Shown: in pieces, positions 30,430 to 39,795 of the stretch
How the letters are laid out: each line of letters opens with the position of its first letter
Numbering within the stretch: position 1 is the stretch's first letter
Assembly: GCA_049322655.1 (NCBI GenBank)
Contig: JBMORP010000006.1
Coordinates: 128,410 to 192,409, forward strand
DNA length: 64,000 nt
Source: Patescibacteria group bacterium
Lineage (GTDB): Bacteria; Patescibacteriota; Microgenomatia; UBA1400; PJMF01
Reading direction: 5' to 3'
Notes under the pieces: model-generated
What the model saw: the letters and a program-made list of their open reading frames with translations, nothing else
The model's database searches: none
What the model was told of the DNA's origin: nothing
Translations under genes and position numbers: made by a program

Positions 30430-32196
30430 CTACATTTCCTCTGGGGTTTGAATTCCCAACAAGGATAAGCCATACTCCAAAGTATTAGCTGTTGCTTGAG
30501 TTAAGACACAACGTCTTTCTCTGGCATCTGAGTTTTCAGCATTAATAATTTGATGAGTATTGTAAAAACCATTAAATCTTTGAGCCAATTCAAACAAAAA
30601 ACTCGCTAATTGATGAGGAGCAAACTCTGTCAATGCTTTTTCCACCGCTTCTTCAAATCTATCCAAATGTCTGGCCAAACCAAGCTCAACGTCATCCATT
30701 TTCCAAGAATCATCTCCAAACCCTGGAGAAAACTCTTCCAGAGCGGCTTTTTTCAAAACACTTTTGGCCCGCACTGCGGCATACTGAACATAAGGACCGG
30801 CATTACCTTTCATACTCAAAATCTCATCCCAGTCAAAAACAATATCGCGGTTACTTTCACTTTTTAGATCATTCCATTTCAAAGCGCCAATTGCTACTAC
30901 ATGAGCAATACTTTGATTATTATCAGCCAAACCTTCGGCTCTTTTTTTGGCCTCAGCAATTACATCTTCCAACCAAATAACATTGCCTTTTCTTGTTGAC
31001 ATTTTCTTGTCTTTAAAACGATATAAACCATGTTTAACATGAACTCTTTGCCCCTCATGGAACCAACCCATGATTTTTTCAACTTCATAGAGCTGCTGAA
31101 AATAAAGGCTTTGTTCTGCTCCAACTTCATTCACGATTAAATTTGGTTGGTCATAATGATGAAGTCTGAAATAATCAGTGGCAAAATCACGAGTCGAATA
31201 AAGTGTCGCTCCATCTTTTTTCAACACCATCAAGGGTGGCAACTTATCATTTTCAAAAAAGATTAACTTGGCACCATCATTCCCTTCGCCATAGTGAGCG
31301 CCGTGTTCTTGAGCCTTTTCTGGAGTCAACTTTTCAGCCAGTAGCTTTACTACTGCCTCCATTTTATCTTCAAAAAATGACTCACCATAACCTCGACCAT
31401 TATTTTCTGAAAAAGAAATGCCCAACTCACCATAAATACCCTGAAACTCCTTCCAAGATAACTCAACGCACCATTGCCACAGTTTTCTAGCCTCTGGCTC
31501 ATCTTCTTCAAGTTTTTTAAACCAAGCCCTACCAGCATTTTCTATTTCTGGCTCTAACTCCGCTTGTTGATGAAACTTAACGTAAAGCTCCACCAATTCT
31601 TTAATCGGTCGAGCCGCTTGAGCGATTTTTTCTTGGTCTCCCCAGGTTTTAATTGCATAAATTAACTTACCAAACTGAGTTCCCCAATCGCCCAAATGAT
31701 TATCACGAAAAACCTGCCAGCCACTGGCTTCATAGATATTAGCAATCGCATCACCTATAATCGTTGATCTGAGATGACCAATCGTAAATGGTTTAGCAAT
31801 ATTGGGTGATGAATATTCAATGATGGCTTTTTTATTTTTATTTTTTGCTTTGAGATTAGTTAATAAATCTATTTGCTTTTCTTCAGCCATTCTAATGATT
31901 TTTGTTCGGAAATATTCTCTAGCCAGTTTAAAGTTAATAAAACCAGGACCAGCAATTTCCACTGCCCAGATCTCTGGTTTGTTGGCAGTAAAATCTTGCA
32001 GCTCTTCAACAATTTTTTCGGCTAAAGCACGAGGATTTTTAAAAGTTGGTAAGTGCTTGATGTACTGTAAAGCTACATTGGTGCTCCAATCACCTCTCGT
32101 TTCATCGGCTGGATGTTCCAAAGTTACTTGTGGATCAGCTACCCCCAAAGTTTGCAGAACTTGAAGCAATTGTTGTTTGAGTGAATCAATAAGCAT
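30430..32196 (-). CDS. argS: Arginine--tRNA ligase
   Basis: GPGFINF, EYSSPNIAKPFTIGHLRSTIIGD, HLGDWGTQFG, DGATLYSTRD, KMSTRKG, GPYVQYA, C-terminal PEEM. Confidence 0.97.
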   Translation of the reverse strand: MLIDSLKQQLLQVLQTLGVADPQVTLEHPADETRGDWSTNVALQYIKHLPTFKNPRALAEKIVEELQDFTANKPEIWAVEIAGPGFINFKLAREYFRTKIIRMAEEKQIDLLTNLKAKNKNKKAIIEYSSPNIAKPFTIGHLRSTIIGDAIANIYEASGWQVFRDNHLGDWGTQFGKLIYAIKTWGDQEKIAQAARPIKELVELYVKFHQQAELEPEIENAGRAWFKKLEEDEPEARKLWQWCVELSWKEFQGIYGELGISFSENNGRGYGESFFEDKMEAVVKLLAEKLTPEKAQEHGAHYGEGNDGAKLIFFENDKLPPLMVLKKDGATLYSTRDFATDYFRLHHYDQPNLIVNEVGAEQSLYFQQLYEVEKIMGWFHEGQRVHVKHGLYRFKDKKMSTRKGNVIWLEDVIAEAKKRAEGLADNNQSIAHVVAIGALKWNDLKSESNRDIVFDWDEILSMKGNAGPYVQYAAVRAKSVLKKAALEEFSPGFGDDSWKMDDVELGLARHLDRFEEAVEKALTEFAPHQLASFLFELAQRFNGFYNTHQIINAENSDARERRCVLTQATANTLEYGLSLLGIQTPEEM

Positions 32197-32212
32197 ACCT
32201 ACTCAGATTATA
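32197..32212 (-). promoter_or_regulatory. Putative -10 box (TATAAT) for argS
   Basis: Minus strand TATAAT (32212-32207), then ctgagtaggt, then ATG. Confidence 0.45.
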
Positions 32213-32263
32213 TCGTTTAAGAGGTCTACAAGAAAGGGTAAAGATAAAATAACAAACCAATGT

Positions 32264-32554
32264 TTAATCAGCTAACAATCGTTCATCTTTATGCTCAACA
32301 AAGTCAGCCATCATCGCCGCCACAATACTTAGTAAAGCATTAATATCTTCTTTAAGGTCTTCGTCCTCTTTAAGGGGGGCCATATCTGGTCTCAAGAAAA
32401 AATTACTTAAACAAACCACCATCCCAGCATCTAACTCTTCTGCTCGATCAATCAATATCATCAAAGACTCATATTGTTTGGCAAAGCCCTTGGCCTTCAT
32501 TGGTTCAGCTAACTTTTCAGCAGCTGATCTTAACCCTTGTTCACTAGTAGGCAT
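32264..32554 (-). CDS. Hypothetical protein (96 aa, acidic, helical)
   Basis: Fills the gap between two minus-strand genes; ATG preceded by AAGAAAGGG; no family recognised. Confidence 0.6.
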   Translation of the reverse strand: MPTSEQGLRSAAEKLAEPMKAKGFAKQYESLMILIDRAEELDAGMVVCLSNFFLRPDMAPLKEDEDLKEDINALLSIVAAMMADFVEHKDERLLAD

Positions 32555-32588
32555 AACGCCCTTTCTTGGCAGGTTAATAATAAACTTA

Positions 32589-34244
32589 TTATAACCCCAA
32601 AACCTTCACTTGCCATTGATCTGCTATAAAATCGGCAGTAATCGCTGGGGTTTCAACCACTTCATTTAAACTATTTACAAACTTAATCTTGGCAAACTCC
32701 AAATATTCACCCTGATCTTTTTTGGCAGTGAGGTTGGCTGCTTGAACTAGCTTGGGATCAGTTTGGGTGTAAAACCAATAGTACATCGCTGGTCTACCTT
32801 GTTCTCTAGTAATATAAACTGGTAAATCTGGATATTCTGATCTTATTTTTTCTAAATCTACTAACATTTGTTGATAACCAACTTGCCACTCGTGACCATA
32901 CTTTTGCGGGTAAACAATCAATAAGTGACGATAAAAACTAATAAAAGCTAATAAATACATACTAATAAAAGCCGTCCCTAAAAAATATCCTCTAAATTTT
33001 TTTATCTTTTTAAACACCACCAGCAAATCCTGGCTTAAAAATTGGTAAGTCTGTGCCAATCCCAAAGTAAGTAATATCATCAGCGCTGGAACAATCGGTA
33101 AAATCCTCAAAGCGTGAGGAACTGGTCTAGAAATAGCGGCTGGTAAAACTCCAACTACTAGCCAAAAAATAAGAAATAATTTTTTCTCGAGACTAAACTT
33201 TTGTAATAATAAAAAACTGCCTACTAATAAAAATAAGATTTCAAACGGATAAAATAACCCAAAATATTGACTAGAATGTCTGGCAATCTCATCCCCAGTA
33301 ATAAATAAAAATGATAAAGAAAAATGACTTAAAAATTGGCTAATAATCACAGCCAAATAAAACCACCAGCGGTGAAAAACAAACTTAGTCCACCAACTCT
33401 GGTGATATAAATCTTTAAATTGATTACTTTGTTCGATGATCACAACATCAGTAAAAATCGTTGTTTCTGCTACTCGTTGAGCCAAGATAGGTGAACCCCA
33501 AGCTTGAATAAAAGGCCATAATAAAATTAATAACAAACCAGCCAAACCAAATAACTGCACTACTAAGGCTGGTAATTGTTTTTTGTAATGCTTTAAATAA
33601 AAAATGATATATCTAAAACCAAAAAACAAGCCTAATAGCGGAGCAATCACTCTAGCACTGTGATAAACATACATTGCAGCAACAAAAAATACACTGGCTC
33701 CAACCAAAGCCCAAGGCTTAACTTGGTTGTTTTTTTTTTCAAGACTTTGCCAACCACAAACTATTCCCAATAAAAGCAATAAAGTGGCCAAATTAACTTC
33801 CCAACCAGCTCTAGAAAACTGAATTAACCAAGGAGAAATACTCGCCAAAATCATTGAGATTAAAGATAACCACTGTCTTTTTTTCTTGGTCAAGTGATCG
33901 GTGAATAAATAAACTAACCAACCAATTACTAACACCAGCAGCGTTCCGGCCAAGACTGAAGGCAACCTAACTGCCAAGACATTGAGCCCCAACAGTTTAA
34001 TAAACGGCACAATGGCATAAAAATAACCAGCTGGTTTCCAATCACCAAATGACTCAAAAGCAACCAGTGGATAAGAATTACCATGATGGTCTTTGCCTGT
34101 CTGTAAAATCGAATAGGCATCATAACCAAGTGCTACTTCTTCCCAATATGGCGCTGGCGGTGAGCTAGTAACTTGATAGACACGAATTAGCAAAGCCAAG
34201 AGGGTGATTAAAATAAGACTAATAACGAATTTAAGTTTAGACAT
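32589..34244 (-). CDS. ArnT/PMT_2-like GT-C glycosyltransferase (paralog 3)
   Basis: YWEEVA, ESFGDWKP, RLPS, SRAGWE, GDEIARH, PHALR. Start moved to ATG 34244. Confidence 0.8.
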   Translation of the reverse strand: MSKLKFVISLILITLLALLIRVYQVTSSPPAPYWEEVALGYDAYSILQTGKDHHGNSYPLVAFESFGDWKPAGYFYAIVPFIKLLGLNVLAVRLPSVLAGTLLVLVIGWLVYLFTDHLTKKKRQWLSLISMILASISPWLIQFSRAGWEVNLATLLLLLGIVCGWQSLEKKNNQVKPWALVGASVFFVAAMYVYHSARVIAPLLGLFFGFRYIIFYLKHYKKQLPALVVQLFGLAGLLLILLWPFIQAWGSPILAQRVAETTIFTDVVIIEQSNQFKDLYHQSWWTKFVFHRWWFYLAVIISQFLSHFSLSFLFITGDEIARHSSQYFGLFYPFEILFLLVGSFLLLQKFSLEKKLFLIFWLVVGVLPAAISRPVPHALRILPIVPALMILLTLGLAQTYQFLSQDLLVVFKKIKKFRGYFLGTAFISMYLLAFISFYRHLLIVYPQKYGHEWQVGYQQMLVDLEKIRSEYPDLPVYITREQGRPAMYYWFYTQTDPKLVQAANLTAKKDQGEYLEFAKIKFVNSLNEVVETPAITADFIADQWQVKVLGL

Positions 34245-34266
34245 TTTTAACTTGGTTAACAAAAAC

Positions 34267-34426
34267 TTATTTTTTGACGACTGCCTTAAACCTTCGGTTT
34301 TGAGCAGGAGACAAAAACTAATAAATTATTTATATTTATTTATCTTTCTATATTAGGAAAGTTTATTTTTTTAGTGAACGACTTAAGCCTTTGGCTTACG
34401 GACTGAACTAAAAATAATAAACTTTC
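34267..34426. repeat. Two related tandem imperfect hairpins (structured intergenic element)
   Basis: Hairpin B 34271-34317 and hairpin A 34357-34426 (19-bp stem with one bulged T). Both contain ACGACT...TAARCC-TTY-GGYTT...GGA. Confidence 0.75.
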
Positions 34427-34433
34427 TGGTTAT

Positions 34434-36026
34434 TCATTTAAGGTTTAAATAAATTCTAAACCTTGCCCTCCCATCACTACCATAAATAATTTTGTCAGCT
34501 TGATCATTTTTACTTAACAAATCATCAGTCTCACTAGCTACCACAATCGTATTGGCTCGCTCCAAATCACCAATCGTAACCTCATCTTTAAACTCATATT
34601 TAATCAATGAACCACCCTGATACCAAATGGGATTAGTTTTTCTAGCAAATAAAGCATAAATATATGGTTGACCATAATCACTAGAAAAAATAATTTTATC
34701 AATAGGTGGCTGACTATCCCAGCCTTTCTCATAAGGAATCACATAATTAAAGGCTTCCAAATAACCATCTTGAAAAGCACTAGCACTGTCTTTGGCAAAA
34801 TTTTGATAGTAGTTGGTCAAATAACCACCCACCAAAATTAAATGAGCCACTGTAAATAAAACTAAAGTCCTAACTTTGGCGGTTGAGCTTAACTCAATCA
34901 ACTGTTGTAAGCCCACTATAGCCAATAATAAAAATCCAGGCAAAGCTAACAACGCCCTATTACTATGAGGAACCTCTGTAGCCAAAACCGCTGGTAATAA
35001 ACCAGCCATAATTAGACTTAAAGCTAAACCAGTAAGTTTATTTCTCGTTTTTAACCAATCATAAAGAGCCAATAGTCCCACCAGACCTGTAGTCAACAAC
35101 AATACTCCCCACATCCCATCACCATGCCTCAAAGTGGTGGTTTGACCAAAAAACAAAAATTGCGGATTTAGGTGAGCGATTAATTGATAAAAAATAGTTT
35201 TAACAAGCTGAACCAAACCCAAGCCTTGAGAAAAAATCAATGTTCCAGCCCGTTCTAAACCTTTACCAAAAAAAGCATCATAGGTAAAAGGCAATAAGCC
35301 TACGCCTCCCAGCAAGCCAGCTGGCAAAAATTTAAACCAATGTTGTTTAAAATCAGCTCGTTTTTGCCAAACTAATAATAACCCGACCACTGGAATCACT
35401 ATTTTCGAACTATGATAAGTATAAATAGCTGCCACCCAACTAAGAACAAATAAAATTAGCCAATAATTTTTCTTAGTAGTGGTTTTTTGCCAAAACTTTT
35501 GCCAAAAAAATAATCCCCAAATAAAAAACCCTAACGCCATGCCAGACTCAAAACCAGCTCGAGAATAATGTAAATGCCACGGCGATAAAGTCATTAATAA
35601 ACCAGCTATCAATGACCAAAAATTGGCTTGTTTAACTGAATAATTAAACTCACTGAACAACAATCTCAACCACAAACTAAAGCCAATCACCGTCATCACC
35701 CCAGCCAAAGCAAAAGGAACTCTAACGCCGAATAAAGTCAATCCAAATAAAAAGGTGAACAAACCATTTAAGTAAATAGCCAGAGGTGCTTTGTAGTCAC
35801 CAAAAGACCAAAAAGAAATCGGTAATCTTTTTAGCCATTCGTCTCTTCTGGTGGTAAAAATAGCGTAACCGTTATAACCAATTGCGGCTTCATCCCAAGT
35901 CATCCCATGAGGGACTTGACCAAGTTGGTAAAAACGCAAAAAGCCAGCCAAAAGAATCACTACCAAACCAAACCATAAAAGTTGTTTATTAGTCAGTGAA
36001 AAATCAAATTTAGCAAGCTTTTTCAT
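34434..36026 (-). CDS. ArnT/PMT_2-like GT-C glycosyltransferase (paralog 4)
   Basis: TWDEAA, WSFGDYKAP, SRAGFE, LRH, PHSNR. Start at the ATG overlapping the upstream stop. Confidence 0.8.
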   Translation of the reverse strand: MKKLAKFDFSLTNKQLLWFGLVVILLAGFLRFYQLGQVPHGMTWDEAAIGYNGYAIFTTRRDEWLKRLPISFWSFGDYKAPLAIYLNGLFTFLFGLTLFGVRVPFALAGVMTVIGFSLWLRLLFSEFNYSVKQANFWSLIAGLLMTLSPWHLHYSRAGFESGMALGFFIWGLFFWQKFWQKTTTKKNYWLILFVLSWVAAIYTYHSSKIVIPVVGLLLVWQKRADFKQHWFKFLPAGLLGGVGLLPFTYDAFFGKGLERAGTLIFSQGLGLVQLVKTIFYQLIAHLNPQFLFFGQTTTLRHGDGMWGVLLLTTGLVGLLALYDWLKTRNKLTGLALSLIMAGLLPAVLATEVPHSNRALLALPGFLLLAIVGLQQLIELSSTAKVRTLVLFTVAHLILVGGYLTNYYQNFAKDSASAFQDGYLEAFNYVIPYEKGWDSQPPIDKIIFSSDYGQPYIYALFARKTNPIWYQGGSLIKYEFKDEVTIGDLERANTIVVASETDDLLSKNDQADKIIYGSDGRARFRIYLNLK

Positions 36027-36874
36027 GAGTTCATTACCAATAACCAATAAGGCTTCCATAAAATATGAGCCAATTTTTGCCAAAAAGTTCCGTTTTTCCA
36101 CACGAATTTATTAGCATTTTGCCAGCTCATTTTCTCCATTTTTCTTTGACCAAAGACCGAAGCATTCGTGGTCTCATGATTGTGGTCTACCACTGCTTTT
36201 TCCTCAAATAATACCTGCCAACCTCTTTTTCTAGCTTGAAAAGATAAATCTATATCTTCCCAATAAGCTGGGTAATAAAGTCGGTCAAAACCACCAATTT
36301 CCAGCCACTTTTTCTTATCAAACAAACCACTGCCACCACTTACCCAAGCCGTTGGTCCTGTTTTCAAATCATCACCAGCAGAGTGGATAAACATGCCTCG
36401 TTCAAACCAAAGCTTATTTTTACCTTTTTTCTCACCATGCTCGATTTCCAGTGGCCCCACTGCAAAAACTTGGTCGTTAACAAAATGAGGCAAAAGATTA
36501 TTTAAACAATCTTTATGCGGAGCGACATCATTATTAAGCAAAAAAATTAAATCGTGCTTGGCTACTCTAACCCCACGATTAGAGTTCTCACCAAAACGTT
36601 GATTTTCATGGTTGTACAATAAAACTACCTCAATTTTTTTATTACCTTTGGTAAATTTGCCCTGGTAAGCATCTACTCCCTGCATAGGAGCTGCAGTTTT
36701 TTTCATGGCAAACTCTTTTTTCATCCATTGAACAGTGTCATCTGGGCCAGTATCTTCAACCACCACCAATTCATCACCATCAGCTAAATTATCAAACAAA
36801 GCTGGTAAATACATTTCCATTAAGTGACGACCTTTGTAGGTTGGAATAACAGCTGAAACACCCGGTCTTTTCAT
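36023..36874 (-). CDS. GT2 glycosyltransferase (WbbL-like)
   Basis: VIPTY, FGENSNRG, LLNND, GGFD, YWEDIDLS. Confidence 0.85.
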   Translation of the reverse strand: MKRPGVSAVIPTYKGRHLMEMYLPALFDNLADGDELVVVEDTGPDDTVQWMKKEFAMKKTAAPMQGVDAYQGKFTKGNKKIEVVLLYNHENQRFGENSNRGVRVAKHDLIFLLNNDVAPHKDCLNNLLPHFVNDQVFAVGPLEIEHGEKKGKNKLWFERGMFIHSAGDDLKTGPTAWVSGGSGLFDKKKWLEIGGFDRLYYPAYWEDIDLSFQARKRGWQVLFEEKAVVDHNHETTNASVFGQRKMEKMSWQNANKFVWKNGTFWQKLAHILWKPYWLLVMNS

Positions 36875-36886
36875 ATCTATCCCTTC

Positions 36887-37996
36887 TTAAAATTTAATCT
36901 CTGTTAACATTTTTTGCAAATTCATTGAGAAATGACTTTGATCAAAATCATGTGCTTTTTGGCTAGCTTTCTGACCAAAAACTGTTCTCAATGCTTCATT
37001 CTTGATCAATCTTAAGGTCTTTTCAAGACACTCTGCTTGATTTGACCATAACCATTCTGCTAATTCCTTGCCTAATACTTCTGGTTGACCACCCGCTTTA
37101 ATCACTACTGGCACCACCCCACCAGCCATTGCTTCACCAGTGGAAATACCAAAATGCTCCATCTTTTCTGGCTGTTCAAATTGATCTAAACCAAAACCGG
37201 TTGCATGCCAATAAATGGAAGCTCTGGCGTACCACTTGTTCAAGTCTGCACGACTAATTTTGTTAATTACCTCTATTGGTAAGCCCTTAGCTGCAGCTTT
37301 AACTTCTTGAGCGTAGTCTTCATCTTCAACTGAACCAATTAAAACCAACTTCCAACCCTTAGTTTCCTGAGGATGTTGTTTAATCAATTCTTTAAAAAAA
37401 TCAACTAAAACATCTTGTCTTTTGCTATGAAGCTGACGGAAAAATCGGCCAACATGCAGAATTACCTGCTCTTTTTTTGTCACTAGTTGTAAGGCTGCTA
37501 TCTCTTCGACATCAACCAATGGTTGATGAACTGCGTCAACTTTAACCTGCCAAAAGTTTTCGACAATTTTTTTGGTAAAAGCAGAATTAGTATTAATAAA
37601 ATCCCAATTAAATAATTTAAAACGATCAAACATCGAGATTGGTAGCCTCTTTAATGGTGTTTGAATGTGTAAAACATTTTTTTTGGCTAAACTAGGAAAA
37701 AAACTGCCATCAGTAAAGGCATAAAGCAAATCAAACTGCTTAGTCCAAGCTAATTTATCCCAAAAACCAACCTCAGTTCCCAATGGTGATCTGACTAGTT
37801 TTAAGTGGGTAATATCTCTCCCTAAGAATTTTTGATACCGTTGATAAATAGCTTCATCAGTGTCTTTTTCAGTCGTCTGCACGGCCAAGAAAACCTCACC
37901 ATAATTGGCTAGTTCACTCGCTACATCCAAAAAATATTTTTCACCGCCACCAATATGCTTGGGAAAATATGGAGAATAAAGGCAGATTCTTTTCAT
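36887..37996 (-). CDS. GT4 glycosyltransferase, ALG11-like
   Basis: YSPY...GGGEKY, NSAFT, VGRF...KRQD, YWHATG, EHFGISTGEAMA. Confidence 0.82.
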   Translation of the reverse strand: MKRICLYSPYFPKHIGGGEKYFLDVASELANYGEVFLAVQTTEKDTDEAIYQRYQKFLGRDITHLKLVRSPLGTEVGFWDKLAWTKQFDLLYAFTDGSFFPSLAKKNVLHIQTPLKRLPISMFDRFKLFNWDFINTNSAFTKKIVENFWQVKVDAVHQPLVDVEEIAALQLVTKKEQVILHVGRFFRQLHSKRQDVLVDFFKELIKQHPQETKGWKLVLIGSVEDEDYAQEVKAAAKGLPIEVINKISRADLNKWYARASIYWHATGFGLDQFEQPEKMEHFGISTGEAMAGGVVPVVIKAGGQPEVLGKELAEWLWSNQAECLEKTLRLIKNEALRTVFGQKASQKAHDFDQSHFSMNLQKMLTEIKF

Positions 37997-37999
37997 GTT

Positions 38000-38830
38000 T
38001 TAGATTTTTGTTTCCTGAGACCACAGTTTTTTCAACTCATCTTCTTTTTTAGCATATCGATCAGCTAAAGAAGGTTTTTGCTGTAACTCCCAAACTTGGA
38101 TATAAACAATCATACGATTAATTCCTTGAACTACCGCCTCAATTAGACCAGCCATACCATCTTGATAACCTCTTTTGAAAATAGCTCGACGAACAAACTC
38201 CATCGTTCCTTTTCTCACCAAGGTAAACAAAGTAACTGGTTTTTCACCAGCTTTATAAAGTAATTCTGCCTCTAGCTTAGTCCAATCAGCCGATTTTCTA
38301 AGATTATCTTCAGTGTTGCGATGAGTAAAATGAATAATAGGAGAATGAAGCTTAGTGACCTGACCTTCAAAGTTGGGACTTTCATGGATCTGACCAGTCC
38401 ATTCTTTCAATGCTGACTTGTGAAAAATTCTGGTAACCAAATCATCTTGCCAACCACCATGCTTAAATTCATGGCCATAGCAGAAATTTTGTCGACTCAT
38501 CTCTAGAACTTGAGCCGTAGCTGTTTCCATGTGCACCATGATCTCTTTGGCTAAAGTAGGCGTCACTCGTTCATCAGCATCCAAATAAAAAACCCAATCA
38601 TTTTTGGCATGTTTCAAAGCTTCATTTCTTTTTCTAGCAAAAGATGGATGAGAAAAAGTAATTACCCTTGCTCCAAGACTTTCTGCCAATTCAACGGTGT
38701 TATCTGTCGAGCCATTATCCAAAACCAAAACTTCATCACACCAAACCAAAGTATTCAAACAACCATCAATCATACTGGCTTCGTTTTTAGCCAAAACAAT
38801 CGCCGAGATTTTTGCTTTAACTTTGTTCAT
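38000..38830 (-). CDS. GT2 beta-glycosyltransferase (KdtX/LgtF-like)
   Basis: LAKNE, DNGSTD, FARKRN, YLDADER, IHE, GYQDG. Confidence 0.85.
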   Translation of the reverse strand: MNKVKAKISAIVLAKNEASMIDGCLNTLVWCDEVLVLDNGSTDNTVELAESLGARVITFSHPSFARKRNEALKHAKNDWVFYLDADERVTPTLAKEIMVHMETATAQVLEMSRQNFCYGHEFKHGGWQDDLVTRIFHKSALKEWTGQIHESPNFEGQVTKLHSPIIHFTHRNTEDNLRKSADWTKLEAELLYKAGEKPVTLFTLVRKGTMEFVRRAIFKRGYQDGMAGLIEAVVQGINRMIVYIQVWELQQKPSLADRYAKKEDELKKLWSQETKI

Positions 38831-38845
38831 AATTTTATCTAGTTA

Positions 38846-39763
38846 TTAAACAATTGCCTGCTTACCAAATCTCATTAAAAAGAAATCCAAAACCCCTTTT
38901 CTTTCAGCATCACTCCCATGAAAAAAAGTGTTCACTGCAAATCTAAGCGCTGTTAGTTTATTTCTCCAACTACCATAGCGCATTGAAATTAAGATTCGAT
39001 TTCTGGTTTGGTAATATTGTTGTAATTTGGAACCAGCTCCACCAGCTACCGAGCCACCATTCATGTGCCAAACAATTGATTCCGGCACAAAAATAATTTT
39101 ATAACCAGCTTTAATTGCCTTCAGACTAAAATCAACATCTTCTGAATAAAGAAAAAACTTTTTATCCAAAATTCCGATATGTTCAGTGACCACTCTCTTA
39201 ACAAAGAGCGCACAACCAGTAGCAAAATCACATGTCGTTTGATGATCGAATTGACCACGATCAATTTCATCAACTCCCCGATGATAAGCAACTAAATTGT
39301 CCCAATCAATACTCCCACCAGCATACCAAAGCACTTTACCTTTTTCTGATCTAGCATAACTTTTACGGTGGAATTCTAAACCAGGAGTAAAGTAAATTTT
39401 TGAAACAGTAATTCCTGCTTTAGGATCATCTTTAACAGCATCATATAAAGCTTGAATACCATTTTTTTCTACTTCAGCATCTGAATTCAACAAAAAGAAA
39501 TAGTCAGTCTGGTATTTTTTGACTGCATGGCTCATCCCCAAATTATTACCACCAGTAAAACCCAAGTTTGACTCGCTTCTAATTAATTCCACCCCGATTT
39601 TTTTAAGATCAGCCGCTAACTTAAATAGTTCTTTTGAACCATTATCCACCACGATCACTTGGTGTTTAAAACCATCAGCTTTAGCTTCAACAGCTGATCT
39701 AATGGCCAATTCTGTTTCTTTGGGTGTATTGTAATTAACAATAATCGTTGTAACGTGTTCCAT
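38846..39763 (-). CDS. GT2 glycosyltransferase (rhamnosyltransferase-like)
   Basis: IIVNYN, VDNGS, NLGFTGGNN, LLNSD, TGCAL, YSEDVD, YYQTRNR. Start likely ATG 39763. Confidence 0.87.
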   Translation of the reverse strand: MEHVTTIIVNYNTPKETELAIRSAVEAKADGFKHQVIVVDNGSKELFKLAADLKKIGVELIRSESNLGFTGGNNLGMSHAVKKYQTDYFFLLNSDAEVEKNGIQALYDAVKDDPKAGITVSKIYFTPGLEFHRKSYARSEKGKVLWYAGGSIDWDNLVAYHRGVDEIDRGQFDHQTTCDFATGCALFVKRVVTEHIGILDKKFFLYSEDVDFSLKAIKAGYKIIFVPESIVWHMNGGSVAGGAGSKLQQYYQTRNRILISMRYGSWRNKLTALRFAVNTFFHGSDAERKGVLDFFLMRFGKQAIV

Positions 39764-39795
39764 AGTGTTTCCCATTATACCCTTAGATTAATGAT

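Noticed and set aside
33730-33739. T10 homopolymer (and many A/T 7-9 runs) as phase-variation tracts
   Set aside because: Expected in AT-rich, Lys/Phe-rich genes; all frames are intact and no long G/C tracts were seen.
34267-34426. Integron attC, tRNA, SRP RNA, 6S RNA or CRISPR interpretation of the hairpins
   Set aside because: No RYYYAAC/GTTRRRY boxes at the stem ends, no cloverleaf, no SRP helix-8 motif, not a single long rod, and only two diverged units without cas genes.
34267-34700. Possible DGR target (GAA-triloop hairpin downstream of a gene 3' end)
   Set aside because: No template/variable repeat pair differing at adenines and no reverse transcriptase is visible, and the upstream gene is a GT-C, not a CLec-fold protein.
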